Positions 8,166 to 17,515 of a DNA stretch of 64,000 bases are shown here, piece after piece. The notes below the pieces were generated by a model that had not been told where the DNA came from, ran no database searches, and saw only the letters and a list, made by a program, of their open reading frames with translations. The position numbers and the translations under genes were made by a program. This DNA is from an uncultured Desulfobacter sp. (GTDB lineage: Bacteria > Desulfobacterota > Desulfobacteria > Desulfobacterales > Desulfobacteraceae), in assembly GCA_963665095.1 (NCBI GenBank), contig OY762069.1, positions 5,664,001 through 5,728,000 of the forward strand. The letters are read 5' to 3'. Every line of letters starts with the position of its first letter. Within the stretch, counting starts at the first letter, position 1.

Positions 8166-10370
8166 TTAAATTGCCATTCGCGGATCATTCCGTTCCAGTG
8201 CCAGCTTCACCAGAGTTTCGGCGGGGATGTGGCACCGGATTTTATGACCGTTTGTAAGTTTTTGAAATTCCGGGGCCTTCTGCTCACAGATAAGTCCGTT
8301 TTCAGGCAACGCCGATCTGCGGGGACACCGGGTATGAAAAAAACACCCTGACGGTTGATTCATAGCGCTTGGCACGTCACCGGACAACTGGATCGGGTGT
8401 CTTTTTGATTTGGGATCCGGTATGGGAACCGATGAGAGCAACGCCTCTGTATAGGGGTGATACGGTGGGGGATAAATGGACTCCACCGGACCGAACTCCA
8501 CCACCTGGCCAAGGTATATGATTGCCACAAAATCTGAAATAAACCGGACCACACTCAAGTCATGGGCAATGAAAATCATGGTGGACCCCATATTCTCCTT
8601 GATTTCATTGAGCAGATTCAGGACCGCAGCCTGCACCGATACATCCAGGGCCGATACCGGTTCATCGCAGATAATCATGGAGGGCCGGGAGGCCAGGGCC
8701 CTAGCAATGCCAATGCGCTGTTTTTCCCCGCCGGACAGCTGCCTGGGATACCTGTCATAATAATAGGCAGACAGCTTCACCGATCTGAGCAGCCGCTCCA
8801 CCTCCTGGCGGACCTGGTTTCTGGGAACGGTTTTAAATTTTCTGATGGGCCGGGCAATCTGTTTGCCAATGCAGTAGGAGGGGTTCAGGGTGGAATCAGG
8901 ATTCTGGAATACCATCTGGAGCTCCCGAATAGTTGACAGATCCCTTGACTTCACCGGCATGCCGATATCGATCCCCATGAGTTCGGCTTTTCCACCGGTC
9001 AGGGGCTCAAGGCCGATCAAGCCTTTGACAAAGGTGCTCTTCCCGCATCCTGACTCTCCAACCACCCCCACTGTGGCGTTTTTGGGAACGGTCAGCGACA
9101 CATCATCCACAGCTTTGACATACTTTTTCTCCCCAAGGCCAATGAGCCCTTTCAGAGACCGGCTTTTATTTTTATAAAAAACTTTTAGATTCCGTGCCTT
9201 GAGAAGCGTCTCTTCCGATGCAAGATCACTGTCTTCATCAATGGAGTGGATCAATTTTTTGCGCTGTCCCTTGGCGTATTCATTCCAGGGCAGCTTCAAA
9301 GGCTCCCGGCCCAGGAAACATCTGGAACGGTGATCATCTGAAATATTAACAAGTTCCGGATGCCGGCGGGTACAGTGGGCCACCAGCTCCTCATTAAACT
9401 CAAGGCGTTTGCCGTCGGCAGGCACCCCTTCCCCGGTCTTGCTGCCGTATTTCCTGGAGTGGCTGAGCCAGTCACAGCGGGGGGCAAAAATACAGGCATC
9501 AGCCGTACGCTCTGACGGATGGGGTACCCGTCCCCGGATGGACCACAGCCGGTTGTTGGAGATATTATCCCCGAGCCGGGGCACACAACATAAAAGCCCC
9601 CGGGTATAGGGATGGGCCGGTTCCTCAAACATCTCTTCTATGCCGCTTTCCTCCACCATCTCTCCGGCATACATGACACAGAGCCGGTCGCTGACCTTGG
9701 CCACCACCCCTAAATTATGGGTGATGAAAATAATACCGGTGTTAAAATCTTTTTTAAGGTCTTCGATGAGCTCCAGAACCGCTGCCTCCACGGTCACATC
9801 CAGGGCGGTGGTGGGTTCATCCATGATCAGAAGGGATGGGTTGTTAAGCAGTGCCATGGCAATGATCACCCGCTGCTGCTGACCTCCGGAGATCATATGG
9901 GGATACCGTTTCATGACATTGGCGGGATCGGGCATATAAACCCGTTCCAGCATGGCAATGCATTTGTCCTTTGCCTGGGTGGCAGTAATGTTCTGATGGG
10001 CCGTTAACACTTCGGTCAGCTGGGACCCGATGGTCAGTGACGGGTTGAGCGCCTGCATGGGGTCCTGGTAGACCATGGAGATGTTATTGCCCCTAAGCCT
10101 TCGCAGCTCTGCCTTGGAAGCGCCCACCATCTCCTTGCCCATGAACTTGATGGAGCCGTTGACGATTTTTCCGTTGGCCCCTAAAAAATCAAGGATGCCG
10201 AATGCAATGGTTGTTTTCCCACACCCCGATTCCCCCACAACACCGATGGTCTCTTTCTGCCGGACCGTAAAGCTTACGCCTCTAACCGCCGGCACCAGCC
10301 GCTTGCGGGTCTGGTAAGAGATGGCAAGATCCTTAACTTCTAAAATCGGGACTTCATTACTTGTATCCAT
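8166..10370 (-). CDS. Oligopeptide/dipeptide-type ABC transporter, fused double ATPase (DppD-DppF)
   Basis: Two GESGCGK Walker A motifs, two SGG signatures, two oligopeptide C-terminal Cys motifs. Confidence 0.92.
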   Translation of the reverse strand: MDTSNEVPILEVKDLAISYQTRKRLVPAVRGVSFTVRQKETIGVVGESGCGKTTIAFGILDFLGANGKIVNGSIKFMGKEMVGASKAELRRLRGNNISMVYQDPMQALNPSLTIGSQLTEVLTAHQNITATQAKDKCIAMLERVYMPDPANVMKRYPHMISGGQQQRVIIAMALLNNPSLLIMDEPTTALDVTVEAAVLELIEDLKKDFNTGIIFITHNLGVVAKVSDRLCVMYAGEMVEESGIEEMFEEPAHPYTRGLLCCVPRLGDNISNNRLWSIRGRVPHPSERTADACIFAPRCDWLSHSRKYGSKTGEGVPADGKRLEFNEELVAHCTRRHPELVNISDDHRSRCFLGREPLKLPWNEYAKGQRKKLIHSIDEDSDLASEETLLKARNLKVFYKNKSRSLKGLIGLGEKKYVKAVDDVSLTVPKNATVGVVGESGCGKSTFVKGLIGLEPLTGGKAELMGIDIGMPVKSRDLSTIRELQMVFQNPDSTLNPSYCIGKQIARPIRKFKTVPRNQVRQEVERLLRSVKLSAYYYDRYPRQLSGGEKQRIGIARALASRPSMIICDEPVSALDVSVQAAVLNLLNEIKENMGSTMIFIAHDLSVVRFISDFVAIIYLGQVVEFGPVESIYPPPYHPYTEALLSSVPIPDPKSKRHPIQLSGDVPSAMNQPSGCFFHTRCPRRSALPENGLICEQKAPEFQKLTNGHKIRCHIPAETLVKLALERNDPRMAI

Positions 10371-10444
10371 ATGAATATGAATCCTTTAAATTACCTGTAA
10401 GGTTATATCCAACAACTGCATTCTCTTGCCTTATCAGCGACATC

Positions 10445-11401
10445 TTACTGGTAACGCATGGACTCCTCCCGGATGCCGTCGGCCAGCAGATTCAAGCCCA
10501 CCACCAAAGATGCAATGGCAATGGACGGCCATAAAGCGGCCCAGGGACTGCCCGTTAAAATAAAGGCCCGGCCCTTGGCCACCATGCTGCCCCAGTCAGG
10601 CGATGGTGGCGGCATACCTAAGCCCAGAAATCCCAAGGTGCCCAAAGCAAAGATGGCATACCCAACCCTGAGCATGGCATCGATGATAATAGGCCCCCTG
10701 GTATTGGGCAGAATCTCAACAAACATAATGAACCAGGCACTTTCCCCCCGGGTCTCTGCGGCCCGGATATACTCCCGGGTTTTAATATCCAGGGTCAGGC
10801 TGCGCACAAGCCGGGCAATGCCCGGCACCCCCACAATGGCAATGGCAATGACCACATTTATGGCCGAGGCGCCAATGGCAGCCACGATGATCAGGTACAG
10901 AAGAATCACCGGAATGGCCATCATGGCATCAAGCAGGCGCATGACGATTTCATCCACCCACCCGCCTTTATAACCGCCGTACAACCCTAAAAAGGCCCCG
11001 ACAAAAAGGGAGACAACCACCCCCCAGATGGCCGTACCCCCGGGCAGGGCAATTTTTTCATTAATGGGCAGCACCACCAGCACCACCCGGGCCCCGTAAA
11101 TAAGCCGGGCCCAAAGATCCCGGCCCAGTTCATCGGTCCCCAGAACATGCTGGGCAGACGGTCCCTGGTTGGGGGCCTTCCAATCCTGATCGTAGGGGGT
11201 GTACTGGGTCAGATACGGGGCAAAGATGGCCACAAACACCCAGAAAAGGACGATAACAAGCCCGGTCATGGCTGTTTTGGAACTCCATAAAATGGATAAC
11301 ACCGCCTTGACCTTGCGGGTCTTCTGCCCGGTGTTGTTTTCAGTGCTGTCCGTTGTATCAGAACCACTCGTATCAGATGTGTTGCAATGGCTGTCAGGCA
11401 T
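10445..11401 (-). CDS. ABC transporter permease (DppC/OppC)
   Basis: 'LGTDELGRD', EAA-like loop 'EYIRAAETRG', 'LGFLGLG..PP.PDWG'. Confidence 0.9.
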   Translation of the reverse strand: MPDSHCNTSDTSGSDTTDSTENNTGQKTRKVKAVLSILWSSKTAMTGLVIVLFWVFVAIFAPYLTQYTPYDQDWKAPNQGPSAQHVLGTDELGRDLWARLIYGARVVLVVLPINEKIALPGGTAIWGVVVSLFVGAFLGLYGGYKGGWVDEIVMRLLDAMMAIPVILLYLIIVAAIGASAINVVIAIAIVGVPGIARLVRSLTLDIKTREYIRAAETRGESAWFIMFVEILPNTRGPIIIDAMLRVGYAIFALGTLGFLGLGMPPPSPDWGSMVAKGRAFILTGSPWAALWPSIAIASLVVGLNLLADGIREESMRYQ

Positions 11402-12692
11402 ATCGGATCCTCGGGTTTAAAAAGGTGTAAATAATATCTGCCATAAGCTGGGTGCCCACAGCCGTGATCACCATGATCATGGCGCCGGCTTCCAGAGCAT
11501 TAAAATCCTTATAAAGAGCAGAATCCAGAAGATAGGCCCCAAGTCCGGGGTATCCGAAAACCACCTCCACAATGACAATGCCGCCTAAAAGCCAGTTCAC
11601 ATGCAGCATGATCACCGTAATGGGTGCAATCAAAGCGTTTCTGACGGCGTGCTTGATGACGACCTTTGAATAGGGCAGCCCTTTAAGAAAGGCTGTCCGG
11701 ATATAGGGGGATTTCATCACCTCCACCATGGAGGCCCGGGTGATTCTCAGCACATACCCAAGTTCTATCAGGGTCAGGGTTAAAACCGGCAGGATGAGCA
11801 TCATGGGTTTTTCCCAGGGCGGGGCGTCGCCCAGGACGGCGGCCCCGGGAAACCACCCCAGCCACACGGAAAAAATCAGGGTCAAAAATATTCCCGTGGC
11901 AAATTCAGGAATGACGGAAAACATCATGCCGCCAATGGAAAGAATCCGATCCGGCAACGACCCTTCCTTTAATCCGGCCACCATGCCGAAGAACAGGGCC
12001 AGGGGCATGACGATGATAAAAGCCGCAGAAGCAAGGACAATGGAATTTCTCAACCGGATAAATAGGGATTTACTGACCGGGCGGCCGGTCCTGAAGGAGA
12101 TGCCGGGATCGCCCCTGAGAAATCCTTTTTTCAAAGGGATATACTCCTTAGGGCCGCCCAGGGTCTCCATCCACCCTTTGCCTGTGATGAAACTCCAGAC
12201 CTTTTCCGTATCCCCGGACACCCATCTGACGGCATGGTTTTGATTATCAACGCCCCAGAATTGCTTTTTTCCATCTTCCAGAGCTTCCCAGCGCTGGTTG
12301 TCTTTCTCTTCGCGGACAGTGCCGTCAGCCGCACGAATCAAGGCAACCAGATCGTTTTCAACCACTTTCCACCGGACAAGAGTTCCGTCCTTTTTAACAG
12401 CCCACCACTCCTCAAACCCCTCATCCGTATTAATTTTGGTTAACGGCAGGCCTATTTTTTTTTCAGCAATAAAATCATTGCCAATGACCCAGTGCAGATA
12501 CCGTGTGGTCATGGGCTTATCCAGACCGTTCTGACTGATAAACGACGCCTCCTGTTCAGGTGTGATAAATGCACCCAGGACGTTTTTTGCGATATTGCCC
12601 GGGGAAGACTCGGCAATAAAAAACACCGCAATGGAGACAAACACCATGGTGAGGAATAGAAGCATAAAACGTCTGAGGATAAATACGGTCAT
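11394..12692 (-). CDS. ABC transporter permease (DppB/OppB) with enlarged extracytoplasmic loop
   Basis: Start reassigned to ATG 12692 (MTVFILRR, RBS AAGGAAG); 'YIRTAFLKGL..HAVRNAL', 'VEVVFGYPGLG'. Confidence 0.88.
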   Translation of the reverse strand: MTVFILRRFMLLFLTMVFVSIAVFFIAESSPGNIAKNVLGAFITPEQEASFISQNGLDKPMTTRYLHWVIGNDFIAEKKIGLPLTKINTDEGFEEWWAVKKDGTLVRWKVVENDLVALIRAADGTVREEKDNQRWEALEDGKKQFWGVDNQNHAVRWVSGDTEKVWSFITGKGWMETLGGPKEYIPLKKGFLRGDPGISFRTGRPVSKSLFIRLRNSIVLASAAFIIVMPLALFFGMVAGLKEGSLPDRILSIGGMMFSVIPEFATGIFLTLIFSVWLGWFPGAAVLGDAPPWEKPMMLILPVLTLTLIELGYVLRITRASMVEVMKSPYIRTAFLKGLPYSKVVIKHAVRNALIAPITVIMLHVNWLLGGIVIVEVVFGYPGLGAYLLDSALYKDFNALEAGAMIMVITAVGTQLMADIIYTFLNPRIRYA

Positions 12693-12737
12693 ATTACTTC
12701 CTTTTGCAGCTAAGAAGGAAATGGTCAAAATCAACCA

Positions 12738-12770
12738 GGATATGGCCCCAGACGTCATGGGGCCATATCC
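12738..12770 (-). promoter_or_regulatory. Perfect 13-bp stem-loop between binding-protein and permease genes (probable mRNA-stabilising hairpin)
   Basis: GGATATGGCCCCA-GACGTCA-TGGGGCCATATCC. Confidence 0.55.
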
Positions 12771-12802
12771 CGCTGACATTAAGCCGGATATAAACTTAGA
12801 AA

Positions 12803-14449
12803 CTAGCCGTTGACCCAGACATCATCCAGTTTCAGATAGAGACTGGGGTGGCCTTTCACGTTCTGCACCCGTTTTCTGGCCATGGTCCAGACATTGATCC
12901 AGAAGGCATTGGCAATGGAGCCTCTCTCCTGCTGGATTTTTTCAAGCTTGCAGAAAATCTTGCGGCGTTTATCCACATCCAGTGTGCCGTTGGCCTGGGT
13001 GAGCAGCGTGGTGAACTCTTCATCCACCCAGTTGGTTTCATTCCATGCGGCAGGTTTGCCGTCCGGGCCTGCGATATAGGCAAGGTTCAGAACCATGGTT
13101 CCCAAGGGACGATGGGCCCAGGTGGTAATGCCTAAGTCCACCTCAGTCCATTTTTCCCAGTATTGCGAGTTGGGCATGGTCTGAATATTGATTCTTAATC
13201 CTGCGGGGGCGGCATCCTGTTTCAGGATTTCAGCGTACCGGACGATTTCGGTCCATCCGCTGCCAACGGCAAGGTTGACATCTATACCATTGGGATACCC
13301 GGCTTCGGCCAGAAGCTGCTTGGCTTTGGCAGGATCATATTTGGGAGTGTCGATGTCACAGTATTCCGGATGTTTGGGGCTGACATGCATATCCTGGCCC
13401 AGCAGGCCCTCACCAAAATAGGCAAGGCCTAAGATCTTTTCTCTGTTCTGGCACAGTTTCAAAGCCTGACGGACACGGTTGTCATCCCAGGGTTTTTTAT
13501 CCACTCTCATGCGCAGAATACGGGTCTGGTTGGTGGTACACGGATAAATATTGATATTTTTGTCGTTTTTCAGTGCCAGGTAGGCTTCTGCACCGCCGAG
13601 GTCCGAAAAGTCTATCAAATCGATGTCACCGGACTTCATGGCGGAAACCATGGCCGGGACTTCAGTTCCCATGTCCACAAATTCTATTGTGTCCAGATAG
13701 GGCAGCGCCCCGCCGGCGGCATCTTTTCGCCAGTAGCCGTCTCTTCTTTTCAGGACACAGCGTTCCCCTTCAATGTATTTCTCCAGGGTATAGGGACCGG
13801 TGCCGTGGGGCGCCTTGACCAGATCGCCTTCAAATGTCTTATGGTTCATCACCATGGCCGGATAGTGAAACAAATGTTCAGGCACGGCAATTTCCGCATG
13901 TTTCAGGTGCAGTTTCACCTGGTAGTCATTGACCCTTTCAATGTCTGAGGGCGACAGATATGACCCCACCATTCCCATCATGGATGATCCCACATCTTTG
14001 TTCAACCACTGGTTAAAGGTGAAGATCACATCGTCTGCGGTAAAGGTGTCTCCGTTGTTGAACTTGACCCCTTTTCTTACGTTCAGGGTCCAGGTTTTTA
14101 AATCATCACTGGCCTGCCAGTTTTCAAGAAGATAGGGATGGGTCACATTGTTTTCGTCGGTATAGGTCAGATACTCCGCGACCTGGCGAAGCATGTTGGT
14201 CCCTGAAATCCAGGAAAACTGAGCAGGATGGGTGACTTTCTGGACCGGGGCCGCAATCTTAATGGAACCGCCTTTTTTAATGCCGGCGGCCAAGAGTTTT
14301 TTGGGCCATGCAAGTCCTGCCATCTGGGTGGCGGTATATGCAGAGACGCCCAACAGTGCAGAGTAGCGAATGAATTCGCGCCTGCTCAGTTTGCCCTTTT
14401 CCAAATCATTTTTTAGATCTTTAACTGATGGATGCAATTTCTTACTCAT
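12803..14449 (-). CDS. ABC substrate-binding protein family 5 (Tat-exported)
   Basis: Twin-arginine 'SRREFIRY'; 'WTLNVRKGVKF..G..FTADDV', 'GTGPY', 'YDPAKAKQLLAEAG'. Confidence 0.92.
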   Translation of the reverse strand: MSKKLHPSVKDLKNDLEKGKLSRREFIRYSALLGVSAYTATQMAGLAWPKKLLAAGIKKGGSIKIAAPVQKVTHPAQFSWISGTNMLRQVAEYLTYTDENNVTHPYLLENWQASDDLKTWTLNVRKGVKFNNGDTFTADDVIFTFNQWLNKDVGSSMMGMVGSYLSPSDIERVNDYQVKLHLKHAEIAVPEHLFHYPAMVMNHKTFEGDLVKAPHGTGPYTLEKYIEGERCVLKRRDGYWRKDAAGGALPYLDTIEFVDMGTEVPAMVSAMKSGDIDLIDFSDLGGAEAYLALKNDKNINIYPCTTNQTRILRMRVDKKPWDDNRVRQALKLCQNREKILGLAYFGEGLLGQDMHVSPKHPEYCDIDTPKYDPAKAKQLLAEAGYPNGIDVNLAVGSGWTEIVRYAEILKQDAAPAGLRINIQTMPNSQYWEKWTEVDLGITTWAHRPLGTMVLNLAYIAGPDGKPAAWNETNWVDEEFTTLLTQANGTLDVDKRRKIFCKLEKIQQERGSIANAFWINVWTMARKRVQNVKGHPSLYLKLDDVWVNG

Positions 14450-14509
14450 GTCTTCCTCCCTTTCTTTTACATTAAATAAAGGTGCTTTGGCCCGAACATG
14501 TTTATCTTT

Positions 14510-15817
14510 TTATCCGATTACGGAAAAAGTTGAATCCTCATTAATCTCCCTGTTTCTGCTGAAGAAACCGATATTCAGCGTGCGATCGATATACTTCATC
14601 TTATATTGATATGGCTCTGTATCATGGTCGTTTCCGTTCTCGCAGTATTGAATCAGTTCTGACATGAATGCACCCACCACCGGGGCATTTTTAAACTGGT
14701 TCCCGCTGGTGCCGATGGCAAGGTAAAATCCCGGCAGACTTGATTTATCGTAAATGGGGTACCAGTCATCAGATAGATCGTAAAGGTCCACCAGCCCCTT
14801 GGACTGATTGGGAATCTTTAGAATCGGCATGCGCATGGCCTCCCGGCAGGCCTGGGTCCTGTTCAGGTCTGTATGTTCCGTGTTGTAATCGTCCGGATCT
14901 ACATATTCCAGCGGGTCACACTTGGGTTCTTCACTGCCGATAAGAATATGATTCCCGGTTTCCGGACGGGTATAGACCCCTGTATCACTGTCTGAGGTAA
15001 TGACCCCTGTTTTTTCCCAGTCAATGCCGTCCGGACTTGGGACATGGGCCACTTCCACGCGAAGAGCCCTGGTTTTAATATTCATCTGGTCTATAATACC
15101 GGCCATCTCATTGATCTTGCTGGAGTGGGGTCCTGCCACATTTATAACCACAGGGGCGTTGATGGTGGTGCCGTCTTCCAGGGTAATCCCTGCCACCCGC
15201 CCGTCTTTTTTCAGAATCTCCACGACGTTTGCATTGAACAAAAAATCTCCCCCCACATGTCTTGTCGCCATTTCAACATTGTGTGTGGAGAGTTTCGGAT
15301 CACTGATATACCCGGATTCAGGCACATAGAGCGCTCCGTTCACGGTGCTCCCGGTGGGCATGCCGAAATCAGGGTCGTCCATTCTTTTCTGCGGATGAAA
15401 AGAACGGATGTCCACGCCCGGGATGTAGTCCTTAAGCTGATCCGGTTCGATATCCAGAAACCCCACACCAAGACTTTTGAGGGACGTTTTGATTTTGGTT
15501 AAATTGTGGTTGAGTTCGGTTTTAAAAACAAGGGCGCCTGTGTTCTTGTAATAGGCAATCCCGTCCGGATCATCCGCACCCAGGTACTTTGGCCAGTCCA
15601 GCCAGTAATAATATCCTTCCCTGGCCAGGGCCACCCCCTCAGGAGAGGAGTAATAAAGCCGTATAATGGCGCAGGAAGCGGCGGTGGAACCGAATCCAGA
15701 CCCGCTGAGTCTGTCCACACTCAGGGTCTTGAAGCCTTTTTGGGCAAGTTCATAGCTGATGCAGTTCCCGATAATTCCGGTACCGATGATAACGGCGTCG
15801 TAATTTTTGCTGGTCAT
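14510..15817 (-). CDS. FAD-dependent oxidoreductase (sarcosine oxidase beta / DAO family)
   Basis: GxGxxG 'IIGTGIIG', 'GSTAAS', 'VINVAGP', 'GTSGNQFK'. Confidence 0.85.
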   Translation of the reverse strand: MTSKNYDAVIIGTGIIGNCISYELAQKGFKTLSVDRLSGSGFGSTAASCAIIRLYYSSPEGVALAREGYYYWLDWPKYLGADDPDGIAYYKNTGALVFKTELNHNLTKIKTSLKSLGVGFLDIEPDQLKDYIPGVDIRSFHPQKRMDDPDFGMPTGSTVNGALYVPESGYISDPKLSTHNVEMATRHVGGDFLFNANVVEILKKDGRVAGITLEDGTTINAPVVINVAGPHSSKINEMAGIIDQMNIKTRALRVEVAHVPSPDGIDWEKTGVITSDSDTGVYTRPETGNHILIGSEEPKCDPLEYVDPDDYNTEHTDLNRTQACREAMRMPILKIPNQSKGLVDLYDLSDDWYPIYDKSSLPGFYLAIGTSGNQFKNAPVVGAFMSELIQYCENGNDHDTEPYQYKMKYIDRTLNIGFFSRNREINEDSTFSVIG

Positions 15818-15946
15818 TTTTTATATTCCGATCATGTTCTAAATATTCAACGGTAGCCCCCCAACATTGCATGATTTTTTTTAAGCGGCAACCTTAAGTG
15901 CCCTGAAACTAAAATCTTCATGACTTCTGCAACAGGGGAGTAAGCC

Positions 15947-17434
15947 CTATCTCTCTTTTTCCTTTTTTGCCAGAATCTCTTTTTCCCCTTCCTTTTGCAG
16001 CCTTTCCAGCTCGGAGATGACCTTATCTGACAGGGGTTCGGGCGTGTGGGTCTGGGTAAGATGTTCAATCTGCTCTTTTACCCGGTCGGCCATGGTCAGC
16101 TGGCCTGTGGCATTCCAGGTTTCAATATTCTGACGGTTAAAAAGCCTGGAGGACCACAGTTCTTCCTTGAAATGCTCTCTTGTGTGGGGTTGAACCAGAA
16201 AATGTCCCCCCGGGCCCACGTCTTCAATAATCTGCCGGGCCAGGGTCTCCTTTGTGACCTTGATGCCCTGCACAAAACGCCGGGTCATGCCCACCACCTC
16301 ATTACCCATGACCAGCTGTTCCAGGGAGCATGCCATGCCTGACGCCATGTATCCCACATCATGGATTAAATTTAAGCCCGAAAGCCCCTGGCTGAGAATG
16401 GAAAACGCACTCTCAAGGCCGGACTGGACATCCAGCAGTTTGGAATCAGTGGCCCCTGCCAGTCCCCAGGAGGGTAAATTAAATGAATTTGCCACCTCGG
16501 CCTGGGCGGCCAGGGCCAGATTGTTTTCCGGTGCCCCCATGGCCATCAGTGCGGTCCGCATATCAAGAATGCCGACGTTTCCGCTCATGGAGACAGGGCA
16601 TCCTCTGTTCCTGAGCTGGGCAATGGTAATATGGACCAGGGACTCCGCCGTAATCTGGGAGATCAGCCCTGCCAGGGTAACCGGCCCTGTGGCGCCGGCC
16701 TGTACAGTGGAACCGGAGAGCTGGGGCATAAAGCGGTCTGCGGCAACAAGGATACGTGCCACCACTTCATCAGGAAAAAACAGCGGGGCTATGGCTTCGG
16801 GGTAGGCAATGATAAAGGGCTTTTCCCTTAATTTGTCCTGACCGCCGGCAATGACGGAGGCCATTTCATATACATATTCACTGCCCAGCCCGGAATAGCT
16901 GATAAATACGGCGGGCTTGGTGGTATTGGAAACCATGGTGGGGAATTCATACATTTCCGCAGCATCTGCAGGTACGTCCTGGGCGGTTCCCATGGGCATA
17001 ACAAAATCAATCTCGTTCAGGGCATCGGCCACTTTTGCCCCTAATGCAATATCATTGAGAGATGTTTTCCGGATCTCTCCCGAAAAGGCGTCCCGGGTAA
17101 ACGGCGAGGCGGTGGAGGTCCCGTAATGACTTTTCTCCCCTTCAACCTCCATGGCCCGTCTGCCTGTCCGGTCATAAATGGTCCATCCCTGGGGGACACT
17201 TTTCAGACACTCCTGGACAATATATTTCGGGATTTTAATGTTATTGCCGTTGATCCACGCACCTGCCTGTTTCATCATTTTGTGAACAGCCTTGTGCCCG
17301 CATTTAAATCCAACCTTTTCAACAATGTCAAAAGCAGCCTGTCGGATTTCCCAGATCTGATCGTCGGTCAGTATTTTCATGCCGACAGATCTGGATTGAA
17401 TATTTGAAGACTGGATCAAGTTTGTTTCCTCCAA
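15947..17434 (-). CDS. mttB: Second MttB-family methyltransferase, non-pyrrolysine
   Basis: 'GATGPVTLAG', 'GATDSKLLD.QSG.E', 'GLNLIHDVGY', 'VGPGGHFL'; start uncertain (TTG 17434 or ATG 17380). Confidence 0.88.
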   Translation of the reverse strand: MEETNLIQSSNIQSRSVGMKILTDDQIWEIRQAAFDIVEKVGFKCGHKAVHKMMKQAGAWINGNNIKIPKYIVQECLKSVPQGWTIYDRTGRRAMEVEGEKSHYGTSTASPFTRDAFSGEIRKTSLNDIALGAKVADALNEIDFVMPMGTAQDVPADAAEMYEFPTMVSNTTKPAVFISYSGLGSEYVYEMASVIAGGQDKLREKPFIIAYPEAIAPLFFPDEVVARILVAADRFMPQLSGSTVQAGATGPVTLAGLISQITAESLVHITIAQLRNRGCPVSMSGNVGILDMRTALMAMGAPENNLALAAQAEVANSFNLPSWGLAGATDSKLLDVQSGLESAFSILSQGLSGLNLIHDVGYMASGMACSLEQLVMGNEVVGMTRRFVQGIKVTKETLARQIIEDVGPGGHFLVQPHTREHFKEELWSSRLFNRQNIETWNATGQLTMADRVKEQIEHLTQTHTPEPLSDKVISELERLQKEGEKEILAKKEKER

Positions 17435-17515
17435 ATGTTAAAGTTCCAATTAATTGTTAAACTGCCTTGGCTGCAGATTGGCGCGGGTACCGGCAGGCCG
17501 GAACCTCCACCGCGT

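Noticed and set aside
6657..17434. Pyrrolysine read-through in the MttB genes
   Set aside because: Both ORFs are full length (~495 aa) with no internal TAG
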